DNA of 63,367 bases, the filler included, from Octopus bimaculoides (lineage: Eukaryota): NCBI RefSeq assembly GCF_001194135.2. It is 5 parts of 5 records of this genome, joined end to end, with 100 filler letters (N's around TTAATTAATTAA, not from the genome) between each part and the next. Parts side by side here need not be neighbours in the genome. Positions count along the whole stretch, not along the records: positions 1 to 18,057 come from NC_068987.1; positions 18,158 to 37,482 come from NC_068989.1; 3 more parts are not named here. One strand, written 5' to 3'. The notes below the pieces were generated by a model that had not been told where the DNA came from, ran no database searches, and saw only the letters and a program-made list of their open reading frames with translations. The first letter of the stretch is position 1. Every line of letters begins with the position of its first letter. This document shows positions 14,615 to 26,532 of this stretch, piece after piece. Position numbers and translations under genes: made by a program.

Positions 14615-15160
14615 TTTTAAATACAAATTTATATGAGTGCATACATGCTAAACTTTTTTCCCGCTTACTGTTAAGAAGTTTATGCTTAGATTTTAGAATT
14701 TGGACGATTTCATCAACACAAATATCACAACGGGTATCAGCTACTTTAGAGGATTTAACATGGCTGGTAATTTCCCACTTTGGGTTAAAATCCTTATTTT
14801 TGTCCTTCTATTCCCAAATAAATTTATTTAGACTGGTGCTGATTGATTTTTGTTTCTAAATGTGTTCTCATGGTTGGAAATTCTTCGCTTAATGAAATTT
14901 GCCGTGAAACCTATGTAATAATACTTTAGTCCCTCGGATTCTACTTTGCATTTATATACCACATCTTTCTGTCTGCAAAAATTATTAAGCAGGCAGTTAT
15001 CTTCAAATTTGCAATCACAAAAAGTATTTTTATCTTTCTCTATAAACCAGTGATCAATACTAATCTTGTCAATAGTGTTAGTTTTGTTCCTTATAATTCC
15101 ATGGTTAAAATGGGAAGTAAGTGGGTTATCTCCCTTTCTGTCTTTTTTAAATATTAACGC
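14615..15160 (-). mobile_element. Penelope-like GIY-YIG endonuclease C-terminal fragment (frameshift and stop)
   Basis: C..NNFCRQKDVVYKC...YYYIGFTANFIKRRISNHENTFR, then after a frameshift STSLNKFIWE*KDK...KWEI...RCDICVDE..ILKSKHKLLNSKRE..ACMHSYKF. Confidence 0.9.
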
Positions 15161-15277
15161 ATACACGCGCAAATAAATTTAGCACACACACGCACACACA
15201 TCTGTCTATCTATCTATCTGTCTGTCTGTCTGTTAGTATGTATGTATATGTGTATGTATGTGTCTATGTCTTTCTGT

Positions 15278-15495
15278 CTGTATTTGTCTCTCGCCCCCAC
15301 CGCTTGACAAGAAGTGCAGGTTTGTTTATGCCCCACATAACTTAGCGGTTCGGAAAAAAGAGATTCATTACTATAAGTAACAAACTTTTAAAAAATGAAT
15401 ACTAGGATCAATTTATTTATTCGACTAAAACCTTCGAGGAAGTGCTCCAGCATGGTCGCAGTTCAATTACTGAAACAAGTAAACGATAAAAGAAA
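15278..15495 (+). mobile_element. SINE family A 3' half
   Basis: cgcttgacaa...aacttagcggttcgg...gtgctccagcatggtcgcagt...actgaaacaagtaaa matches the family A tail. Confidence 0.75.
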
Positions 15496-15546
15496 AACGC
15501 TAAATGTGAATGTATGTATCTGTGTGCGTGTATGTGTGTGTGTGTG

Positions 15547-15585
<39 letters not shown>

Positions 15586-16272
15586 ATGCATACATATATG
15601 CACACGTAGACATGTACATACATATATACACATATGTACACATCGCATATATTTACATACACACATTCATACATATACATGCATAGAAGCGTCTATATAC
15701 ATGCATACATACTCATACACACGTACACACATACGCACACACACACATTTATACCCGTACATATAAACACGTACATAAAAACAACTATATACACAGGAAA
15801 ACACACACATACATATATACATACGCGCTCACACATACGCACACACGCACACATGCACACACATACACACACACCCACACACATATTTTATATATGCATA
15901 TACACGAACGCATACATATGCACATAGAAGTACACAGACACACACACACACACACACATCTACATGTCTTACAACGAGCCAATCCTTTTTTAATGGTTTA
16001 TGTGAAAAATAAAGCAAAAATAATAAAATGCAATAAAGACATAAAACATACATTAAAAAGTAATACCACGGACAAACAAGTGTTGTCTGTATTTGTTTTA
16101 TGACATGATTTTTTTTTACATATTTTATGCTACGTACGTACATACTTACCTACATACATATATTTATATTATATGTATATATATATATGGTAATATTCCA
16201 ATCTTGGCATTATTCTTTTGGTGTATCCATCCATACTTCCTTCGTTTTGTTGTATTCTGATATTTTCTTGAG

Positions 16273-16317
<45 letters not shown>

Positions 16318-17695
16318 GCTGGAAGGTTTGGAGGTGATGTACAGGAATTATATATTAGAAAAAATAATAAGGTACTCAGATATCTGGATGGTTGTAGATT
16401 AACAGATTTTTATTAATATGTCACATGTTTTTATAAATTAGCACTTGCATCTATTCTTGTAGATTCTCCAGATTCTCCATATATANNNNNNNNNNNNNNN
16501 NNNNNNNNNNNNNNNNNNNNNNNNNNNNNNNNNNNNNNNNNNNNNNNNNNNNNNNNNNNNNNNNNNNNNNNNNNNNNNNNNNNNNNNNNNNNNNNNNNNN
16601 NNNNNNNNNNNNNNNNNNNNNNNNNNNNNNNNNNNNNNNNNNNNNNNNNNNNNNNNNNNNNNNNNNNNNNNNNNNNNNNNNNNNNNNNNNNNNNNNNNNN
16701 NNNNNNNNNNNNNNNNNNNNNNNNNNNNNNNNNNNNNNNNNNNNNNNNNNNNNNNNNNNNNNNNNNNNNNNNNNNNNNNNNNNNNNNNNNNNNNNNNNNN
16801 NNNNNNNNNNNNNNNNNNNGTACATACTTACCTACATACATATATTTATATTATATGTATATATATAGCCTTCTCTAAATGCATTAAAAGCGATATAACA
16901 TTATCAGATCACTATTTCAGACGATTATTGCTATTTTCTTTGACCGTATGAAAGATAAATTTGCTTGGGGAAAATGAATAAGCCAAGATAAGGCAAATTT
17001 GCCGCTTTATTTCTCCAGAAAATAGACTCATACACATCAATATCGATGCCTAAGCATCAGAAAGATCAGAAATGCAAGGAAAAGAAAAGAAATAATAATA
17101 ATAAATAAATAAATATCTAAGTTAAATGAAAGAGGATCAGGGGAAAATGGCACGATATGAAATTAAAGAAACTCGACTGAATAAAAAAATATTTTCTATA
17201 GCTTCTGCACAATCTGCTGGAGTGTCCCCCTTCGTGATATATTTACTCAGCATACAGTAACAGAGAATAAATTATTGAAATTACACATTTCTCATTTAAC
17301 TCCATTTTAGACAACAAATTGTGAAACTTGAGAAGCATATTAGTGCAGGAAAAAAAATTGACTTGGAATCCAACAGAGAAGAGAATATTGATTGTTAAAC
17401 ACCAAAAATTATTCATATATTTTTATTAGCAACCTCAATTAAAATCGGGTGAAAGTTGAGGAAAAATTTCTAGGAAAACGAGGGCCTGCCCCCCACTGAC
17501 TATGCTTCCAGATTTCTCAACTTTGACAAGAACAACTACGCTGGTCTATTTTTACTCCTAAAGGTGATGCAACAATATGAAATAAAAATAATAATGATGC
17601 AATACTTGCAACGTAATGATTTAAAACAGGGACGGAGAAAATAATGAGAAATCGGGAGTTACTCAGTTTGCCCTCTGCGACCCCTCCCCATATAT

Positions 17696-18057
17696 ACTCT
17701 TACTTGTTACTCTTTTACAGTTATTTGACTGCGGTCATGCTGGAGCACCGGCCTTAGTCGAGCAAATAGACCCCAGGACTTATTCTTTGTAAGCCTAGTA
17801 CTTATTCTATCAGTCTCTTTTGCCGAACCGTTATGTTACGGGGACGTAAACACACCAGCATCGGTTGTCAAGCGAAGTTGTGGGGACAAACACAGACACA
17901 CAAACATATACACACATACATATATATACATATATACGACAGGCTTCTTTCAGTTTCCGTCTACCAAATCCATTCACAAGGCTTTGGTCGGCCCGGGGCT
18001 ATAGTAGAAAAAACACTTGCCCAAGGTGCTACGCAGTGGGACTGAACCCGGAACCAT
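17696..18057 (-). mobile_element. SINE family A, near complete (5' end lost in gap)
   Basis: Highly similar to 56590-56999 along its whole length. Confidence 0.9.
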
Positions 18058-18157
18058 NNNNNNNNNNNNNNNNNNNNNNNNNNNNNNNNNNNNNNNNNNN
18101 NTTAATTAATTAANNNNNNNNNNNNNNNNNNNNNNNNNNNNNNNNNNNNNNNNNNNN
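18058..18157. other. Artificial scaffold spacer (44N-TTAATTAATTAA-44N)
   Basis: Exactly 100 nt. The 12-mer at 18102-18113 has stops in all six frames. The same spacer occurs at three other sites. Confidence 0.95.
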
Positions 18158-18470
18158 ATTGCTTTATCTACCATGGTACTGTCAACTCGGATAGCTGGTC
18201 CCTCTGTTGGGTCAACATACGGCAGACTCTCTTTCTCCCATTCATTCTCTTTATTAAGCAATCTATCGTAGTGGCTTCTCCAGACCTCTTTCTTTGCAGC
18301 CTCATTTAGAGCAAGCATACCATCATCCATGCGAACACATTTCTCTCCTACTACATCACTATTCTCTCTCCTACACTGTCTTGCGACACGAAATACCTCA
18401 AGTCTTTGGTCCTCACGGCGCAGAACATTGGCAAATCTTTTCTTAGCTGCCTCCCCTCTGGCTAAAATGA
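18158..18470 (-). mobile_element. RTE LINE ORF fragment (region between endonuclease and RT)
   Basis: ARGEAAKKRFANVLRREDQRLEVFRVARQCRRENSDVVGEKCVR...WRSHYDRLLNKENEW. A closely similar copy lies at 37222-37482. Confidence 0.8.
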
Positions 18471-19617
18471 AAAGTAATGCCTCTATAAGATAGTAGACAA
18501 CCATTCCTGAGATTATTATTTTGTATTCTGCTCTGTGTTTGTTACCAAAATAATAATGCAGCTATGTTTTGAAGTATTTTCTTTTTTCCTTTATGTGGCT
18601 TCTAAGTTTTGTATGTTGACTATTTTTATTTCTTTCCAGCATAATTCTGGTCACTCTCACTCTCTCCTATAATGCAAATAACTAAGTAGTTCTACAGCAA
18701 AAAAAAACTTTTCTGTTCTGTACCCTTGTCTCTCACTTTGGCATTAGGAAGGGCATTCAGCCATAGAAACTTGCCAAAGCAGATAATAAAGCACAATGCA
18801 GTCTGCATATCAGATCCTGTCAAACTATCTATCCCATGCTATCATTGTAGACAAACATTAAACAATGAAGATGAACTTTACTTATTTTTTTGTTTTGTTT
18901 TTTAAGTGATGAGTAAATCAAGGTTACAGGGTAAATATTTGGTTTCATTATTTAAACAGTGCATAAAAGAGATTGCAAACAAAATTGAATACGTAATAGA
19001 TGCTCATTTTGTATTTGTGTGTGTGGTTTTTGTTATAGCTTAGCCCCAGGTCGGCCCTAATCAAGAAGACACAATCAAAGGTATTCAGGCTTTGACACTC
19101 ATGCCTCCTTTTCGGGAATAGTCTACTCCAAACTGCATTATTGAATGTGTCTCCTTATTTAGGGAAATGTGACTGCTATTCATAATGCCTGTGTCTGTTG
19201 TGTGTATACATATGTGTATAAATATTTATTTCGTGTTATGCTTAGAAGCGATGCACGTTACCAGAATTTCTGATTTAAGTCGAATTGAATAAACCACTTA
19301 AACCACTCCAAATCCTTGTTTATAGCCTCTATGTGAATGAATTTAGAACTAGCTCACTTATACAGGACAGAATAGTATAATGTACAAAAAAGTAGTCAAG
19401 CTAAGTAATGATATTTTGAATCTGAAATATATTAAATGCATTCAAAATATCATTGCTGGGTTTGACTTGTTTGGTCAAGAAGTTTGCTTTGCTTCTTAAT
19501 CCTGTGGTTTCAGGCTCAGTTCCAGTGGGCACATGTCTTCTACTGTAGTCTTGGGCCAAATAAAACCTTGCGACTAAATGTAGTAAACAGAACCTGAATG
19601 AAATTTGTGTGTGTGTC

Positions 19618-19790
19618 ATTTCTTAACAACCCACAAGGGGCTACACACAGAAGGGACAAACAAGGACAGACAAATGGATTAAGTCGATTATATCGATCCC
19701 AATGCGTAACTGGTACTTATTTAATCGACCCTGAAAGGATGAAAGGCAGTTGACCTCGGCAGAATTTGAACTCGGAATGTAGCGGCAGAC
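19618..19790 (-). mobile_element. SINE family B copy
   Basis: Reverse complement matches 3189-3400. Confidence 0.85.
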
Positions 19791-20131
19791 GNNNNNNNNN
19801 NNNNNNNNNNNNNNNNNNNNNNNNNNNNNNNNNNNNNNNNNNNNNNNNNNNNNNNNNNNNNNNNNNNNNNNNNNNNNNNNNNNNNNNNNNNNNNNNNNNN
19901 NNNNNNNNNNNNNNNNNNNNNNNNNNNNNNNNNNNNNNNNNNNNNNNNNNNNNNNNNNNNNNNNNNNNNNNNNNNNNNNNNNNNNNNNNNNNNNNNNNNN
20001 NNNNNNNNNNNNNNNNNNNNNNNNNNNNNNNNNNNNNNNNNNNNNNNNNNNNNNNNNNNNNNNNNNNNNNNNNNNNNNNNNNNNNNNNNNNNNNNNNNNN
20101 NNNNNNNNNNNNNNNNNNNNNNNNNNNNNNN

Positions 20132-20184
<53 letters not shown>

Positions 20185-20244
20185 CATACATACATACATA
20201 CATACATACATACATACATACATACATAGGCAAAGGACAGTAAA

Positions 20245-21053
20245 AACCAAAGCAGAACAAGTATCTCAAGTTATTTATAATAATTTAATTTGGGTAAGGT
20301 GAATTTGAAGTCTTACAGCTGTTTCTGAGATATCCCAAGTGATAGGCTAGCACGTCCATACACTGAGTATTCCGTCATCAGAGACATGGTGAGTATGTAT
20401 GGAAGTTCTAGACAGAGAAATTCATAGATTATAAGGAATAAAATAGAATAAAGATTAAAAGTAGATAGAAGAATACAGACAGGAGAATGAAGTTCACATC
20501 CTTTTCCAGAGGGTTTGGGGGTTGGCCTGCATTTCCTTGAAGTTGCAAAAGCAGTAGTATCTTTTTATTTTACTTTTCATTACAATCTTTAATTTTCAAT
20601 AATTAAAAAAAAATGTTTGTTTAAATAAACCCATTTCCAGAAAGTATCCAGCAGGCCACACAAAGTCTGCAGCCTTGGTATAGGCTCTTAGGTATAGTCC
20701 CAGCAGTATTTTGAATGATGAGTTCATGTTGAAGTGGTTTGCTAGTATGTTAATGGTCCGCATGGGTATATAGAGCGAGAAAGACAGACATCAAGATAGA
20801 CAGAAGTGGGTTGTGAGTGAGTGGATAGAAGAGAGAGGAGAAAGAGAAAAGACAGGAATGGGATAGATGCCAAAAAGAATGAATAAGAACGAAAGTAAAG
20901 TAAAATCAAAAATCAAAATAAAAGATAAAAAAATAAAATGTAAATAAAAAAGAATAATGATAGAGATAAGATGCCAGTGTTATTCTTTGTAAGTGTCAGT
21001 TCAGGGTGAGAGGTCAGGCATTAAGGTTTTGGTAAAGTGGAGGAAGCAGGTTT
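20245..21053 (-). mobile_element. Penelope-like element 3' region / pseudo-LTR carrying a hammerhead ribozyme
   Basis: Minus strand has a degraded KSLYQGCRLC..WILS (Penelope C-terminal CxLC motif) followed by a hammerhead core. A homologous inverted copy lies at 23715-24075. Confidence 0.6.
20310..20385 (-). ncRNA. Minimal type-I hammerhead ribozyme (Penelope-type)
   Basis: Minus strand reads gtct-CTGATGA-[cggaatactcagtg...cacttgggatatctca]-GAAAC-AGCT-GTA-agac. Stem I gtct/agac, intact CUGAUGA and GAAA, palindromic stem III ACAGCTGT, GUA cleavage triplet. The stem II closing pair is imperfect. Confidence 0.8.
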
Positions 21054-21756
21054 TTATATCTGTTAGTTAAATAGATGAAATCTAGGTTAGGAGTGGTTAG
21101 TGGTCAGTAGGGATAGCTAAAAATAGATGCCTAGCTTAAGGGGATATATATAGGATAAATCTACAATTAAATGGATAAAGGGTACAAATTAAAGAATTAA
21201 AATTTAAAAGTTAAATTAAAAATTAGAGATAAAAAATTAAAATTTGAGCTAGCTTCTTATGCCCATTTGTTAATAGACGTAAATACCTTACTCCTCCACT
21301 TCACCAAAACCTTAATGCCTGACCTCTTACTTAGAATAATACTGGCATCTTATCTCTATCTTTATTCTTTATTATTTTGATTTTTGATTTTACTTTACTT
21401 TTACTCTCATTCATTCTTTCTGACACCTATCCCATTCCTATCTTTTCTCTCTTTTATCCACTCACAACCCACTTCTGTCTATGTTGATGTCTGTCTTTCT
21501 GTATATACCCATGCAAACCATTTACATACTAGCTAACCACTTCAACATGAATGCATCATTCAAAATGTTATATCCTTATGGATGAACGAATACACTGCAA
21601 CAGTGTAATAACAGTATAATCGAAACAAATGGCAGTAACAACACAGAATGTAACAACAATCTTTTAGGAACCAACAATCCAACATGCTAACTGTAAACTT
21701 TGAACTATCAACACACAAACTGTGGAACCAGCATGAACTACCTTACTTACTCAGAC

Positions 21757-21850
21757 CAGTGGAGACCCCCTTCAGTCGTGAATGACCATGGGATTGCACC
21801 TAGAAAGTTACCCTCCAAGACACAAGTCCTGGCAAGGTTGTTTATGGAAA
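21757..21850 (-). mobile_element. SINE family D 3' fragment
   Basis: Reverse complement matches 54897-54987 (ccataaacaaccttgcc...ctaggtgcaatcccatggtca...gaagggggtctc). Confidence 0.8.
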
Positions 21851-21869
21851 ATAAGTCCATTCTCGCCAG

Positions 21870-23510
21870 TGGGTGTCATACTCTCGCACAACATCTCCCT
21901 TTTTGAGATTTCATGTTCCTAAGGAATAAAGATTTATATTTATTTATCTATTTTATTTTTTTGAGGATTTCTTTTGCTTGGGCATTATTTCAAGGTGTTC
22001 AGTCTGCTTTCTTTTTCTCATGCTGGTTCTATGGGACTCTTACTTTTGGTACCGGTACATTGAATATTTCACAGAATACTTCCATGGGCATTTCTTCCTG
22101 ATCTTGGGTATGCCTCTTCCTTAGCTTGTTTATATGTCCCTTATGTTCACCGTGTGACCTTTTAATTAGATGCAACATACTTCCAATTTTTCTGGTAACA
22201 AGGCCATCTTCCCAGCCTTCTTTACCATTTCTATAGGTTTTGAAATGCACTTTTATCACCTATCTCAACGTATTTCATTGGCACTTTTATATTTCCTTTA
22301 TGTCTTTTTCCCCCCCTGGTAATAGCTTATGAAAAATTGACTTTTTAAATTCTTGCGGACATCAGTTCTGTGAGAGACTTCCCTGAATTTGTACTTTGAT
22401 TGGAGGTCACTCTGTATATTCTTAAGAAATTTGTCAGTGCTTTGTCATTACTTAATTCAATCCTCGCTTTTCTTAGCGCACTTTTAAAAGTGTCCACAAA
22501 TCCTTTTACCTGACTGTTTGACCTCGGATGGTAGGGTGGAGTGAAAATATGCTTTATCGCATGCCTTTTACAGAAGTTCTCGGATTCATACCCAGAGAAC
22601 TGCATTCCATTATCTGAAACTAGCATGTCAGGGACACCGCATCATGCAAACAATTCATATAAGAACTTTGTAGTTCTCTTAGAGGTTGGTCTATAGTACC
22701 TGCAAACCTCCAGCCACTTAGTACAGCTATCTACTATGATTAGGTAGATCCAGCATAGTCAGTGTGTAACCTAGACCATGGGTTCTCTGTCTTTGGCCAC
22801 GAGCACGCAACCTTGGCACATTCATGATGTCCATTTCAGGATTGTAATGTGCTAACGACATATCTGCGATTAGAATTTTTTTTATTTCTTCAAAAGTGTT
22901 CTGGCATTTAGTGGACCGATTCCACTTTGCTCTTTTTTTAAGTAAGTCGTTCAATGGAGCTCTTAACTTATGCATATTAGGAATGTAGTTTTGATAATAG
23001 TTTACCAACCCAAGAAATGCTTGTAAAGTTGGAATATTTATTGGCACAAGCATATTCCTTATTGTGTCTGCTCTTGACGGGTCAGGATGTCTACACTTTT
23101 ATCAGTTATTTGTCCTAAGTACTTAATTTGGGGTAGAAAGAATTCACATTTTTCTTCACTTAAAGTAAACCTGAAAACTTTAATTTTCTTAAACACAGCT
23201 TTTATGTGTTCCACAGGCTGTTCACAAGAATTGCTCTTGATCAAAATATCGTCCAAGTATTAGATTACAAATTCACAATCAGATAACACAGTATCCATGA
23301 TTTGCTGGAATATTGTTGGTGTCACTTTTAATCCAAAAGGTAATTGTGTGTATCTGTACAATCCTTTGTGTGTATTTATTGTCAAATACTTTGTGTATTT
23401 TTCATTTACTTTTATCTGTAAATAGGCTTTAGACAGATCTAATTTTGAAAAATTTTTTCCACCATTTAACTTAGAAATAAATTCTAACGCATTAACTGCG
23501 TACACTTACT
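21870..23510 (-). mobile_element. Ty3/Gypsy LTR retrotransposon remnant (RT, partial RNase H, integrase, PPT, 3' LTR start), internally deleted
   Basis: FSKLDLSKAYLQI...LPFGLK..PTIFQ, (YL)DDILI, FLGLVNYY, integrase VSDNG.QF...PPYHPRSN. PPT aaaaagggaga (21894-21904) directly precedes TGTTG at 21893. Multiple stops and frameshifts. Confidence 0.92.
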
Positions 23511-23559
23511 TCAGACTTAATTTTTCACCTCTGCTTCCAAAATTCTTCACACTGCCATT

Positions 23560-24075
23560 GCTGAGCACATGGCAATATTTACCAGCCATTAGGATAAGCC
23601 TTCCAGTACAAACGAGGGGAACTAGCATGAACTACCTCACTTACTCAGACCACTATTATTTATATGTAGTGGTCCAGTCCATTTTCGTCAGGGGGCGTCT
23701 TACGCTCACACAACAAAAAATACTGCCTAGATTTATTTGGAATTATACCTAAGGGCCTATACCTTCATGTAAGTACAAACCCGCTTCCTTACCCTCTGGA
23801 AAAAGATGAACTGTGAACTTTATTCTCTTGTCTGTATTCTATCGACTTTTAATCTTTATTCTTCTATTTTATTCCTTATAATCTGAGAATTTCCCTTTCT
23901 AGAACTTTCATACATACTCACCTTGTCTCTGGTGATAGAATACCCAGTGTATGGACATGCTAGCCTATCACTTGGGATATCCCAGAAACAGCTGTAAGAC
24001 TTTTCAAATTCACCTTATCCTAATCAAATTATTATAAATGACTTGAGATTCTTGTCTTGCCTTGGTTTTTGTTGT
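23560..24075 (+). mobile_element. Penelope-like 3' region / pseudo-LTR, second copy
   Basis: 23715-24075 is homologous to the reverse complement of 20245-20710, with an internal deletion. Contains the hammerhead at 23925-24000. Confidence 0.6.
23925..24000 (+). ncRNA. Minimal type-I hammerhead ribozyme, core variant CUGGUGA (possibly inactive)
   Basis: gtct-CTGGTGA-tagaatacccagtg...cacttgggatatccca-GAAAC-AGCT-GTA-agac. Same architecture as 20310-20385 with A6->G in the core. Confidence 0.7.
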
Positions 24076-24329
24076 CCATTTCCTCTAATATATACCTGCT
24101 AACACGGAAAGCCTAATACGGAACCCTAGCTCCAGCCTCAGCTGTGAACTTGGAACGCAATGGATGACCAATTATAGCACTTACTCAGTGTACCTATTCT
24201 TTTAGATCACCAGTGAATTAAATCCCTCACACTCTATATATTTATCTATATATCATATATATATAAATTTTCACAAGGGAGAGGTTGATTGTGCTTGCCT
24301 TCATCAGGTTTTTCACACTCTGTGAGCGT

Positions 24330-25490
24330 GAAGGGTAGTTTTACTTGCCACTGACTCAGGTGCCAGTTATGTGACACCAGTATCTGCCATGACTACAATT
24401 TTATTTGGCATGATGGATTTTCCTTCTCAAGCACAACATATTACCAAAGGTCTCGGTCATTTGTCATTGCCTCTGTGAAGCCCGGTGCTCAAAAGGAGCT
24501 TTTTATGTGCCACCAGCATGGTTGCTAATTCTGTGACGTCAGCATTGGCCACATTACCTCCCTGAAGCCTGACGCTTGATAGGTGCTTTTTATGTGCCAC
24601 CGGCATGGGTGCCTGTTATGTGACACTGACAATAGCCACAACTATGATTTCACTTTGCTTGATGGGTCTTTGCAAGCACAGCATATGGCCAAATGTCTCA
24701 GTTGCTAGTCATTGCCTCCATGAGGCCCAGCATTTAAAGATCATGCTTCACTACCTCATCCCATGTCTTCGTGGGTCTCCCTCTTTCACTGGTACTGATC
24801 AGCACTTCTTCACACATCTGTCCACATCCATACGCATCAGACATCTCTCTTGTACACAACATCTTGTGCTTCTTATCTCCAAGTTTTCTCATGATGCTTA
24901 CACTCTGTCGTGCATGCATACTGACATTGCACATCCAGCAGAGCATACTAGCTTCATTTCTTTCAAGCCTATGCATGTCCTCAGCAGTCACAGCCCATGT
25001 TTCACTGCTGTATAGCATAGCTGTTTGCACACAGGCATCATACAATTTGCTTTTCACTCTGAGGGAGAGGCCCTTTGTTACTAACGGGTAGGAGCTATCT
25101 GAACTTTGCCCAGCCTATTCTTATTCTAGCAGCTACACTCTCTGAGCATCCACCCCCAGCTACTGTCTTGGTCACCTAGGTACTGGAATCTATCAACTAC
25201 TTATAGTTTTCTCCCCTGGCATTTGATGGAGTCTATTTTATGTACATTTTTAGTATTAATTGTACCTGTGCACCTTCCACACATAAAAACTTTTTTCCGT
25301 TAACCTTCCTCTGATATTGCTGCACCTCTTATGTATCCATATATTACACCGGGTACACCTTATGGAATTTCTACCTACACCTTTCCTACAGACCGAGCTG
25401 GGCCATATACATGAGGGGATTTGTGATTTGTCTGCTTTGCTACTTACTAAGACTTTGGTTTTAGCTAGGTTAACTCTAAGGCCCTTTTGA
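24330..25490 (-). mobile_element. RTE LINE 3' portion (RT end, Cys-rich finger, C-terminal domain, 3' UTR)
   Basis: KGLRVNLAKTKVLVS...WPSSVCRKGVGRNSIRCTRCNIWIHKRCS and KSKLYDACVQTAMLYSSETW...RGRPTKTWDEVVKHDL. Confidence 0.9.
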
Positions 25491-26306
25491 CGATGCAATT
25501 GTGCATTTTTAGAATCACATTATGGGCTAAGTTTGAGAGGCCGGATCTGGCCAATCTGAACATAAAATAGGTAGAATATTTGGGCTGGACATGGCCAGTT
25601 CAAATGCTAAATGGTTAAAGATTGACAGTCTACTCAAGTTTTGCCCTGGAACTGTCCCACCCATGCTAGCATGGAGGATGGAAATTAAATGATGATGTCT
25701 GTGTACAGTAATCCCTCAACTATCGTGCGAGTTACGTTCCAAAACCTGAATTTTTCCTCTAGTTCTGGTAGTGATTCAGTTATAAGAACACAGTCATCTG
25801 CATTTGTAATAGTTAATAAATATGTACTCTACCAAAAAGTAATGAGTAATCTTTTAGTTTAAAATTGTTTTTATAATTAATTTGACTCAAAAACAAACAT
25901 TATTATATATGTGTGTGTCTCTCCTTATTTTGACATCACATAATAGTTGTATATGAGCATCGCCATCATCCAAGTAGTATTGTTCATTTCCTATCTTCTG
26001 TGCTAACATGCCTAGTCATGGGGGAAATATTACCTTGCTTGAAAACAGTTGAATATTAGTGAAAGGAAAAGCATCTGGCAGCAGAAAAATCTGCATTGCT
26101 GAATTCTGTTCGACTTAGGCAAGTATAGAAAACGGGATATAAAACAATGATGGTGATGGCATCACTGCTGCTGCCACCAATATCTGGAAAATCAGTGATT
26201 TATAGACAGCAATTCACATAGACAAATAAATAGCAATGCATTGCTATCATTGTCTATAGAGTCTGGTTTTCTGCTTGTTCTGCTATACTTCAAGCAAACT
26301 GCAATA

Positions 26307-26413
26307 CAGTAATCCCTCGCCATATTGCAGTTCACCTATCGCAGTTAATTATTTAAGCTTACATTGATTCCTCTATGGTGTTGTTTTGTATTTATAATGA
26401 AATAAATATATAC

Positions 26414-26452
<39 letters not shown>

Positions 26453-26532
26453 GTACTGTTTGTACTTCACGGATTTTCACCTATCGCAGGAGGTTTTGGA
26501 ACATAACTCCCACGATAGTTGAAGGATTACTG
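26307..26532. mobile_element. Tigger/pogo-like MITE
   Basis: Inverted ends CAGTAATCCCTC...GAAGGATTACTG, left TA target site, no ORF. Confidence 0.75.

Noticed and set aside
17190-17570. Possible small exons (FCTICW..., QQIVKLEKHISAG..., FLNFDKNNYAG...)
   Set aside because: Phases do not chain consistently and the piece ends at a scaffold spacer.
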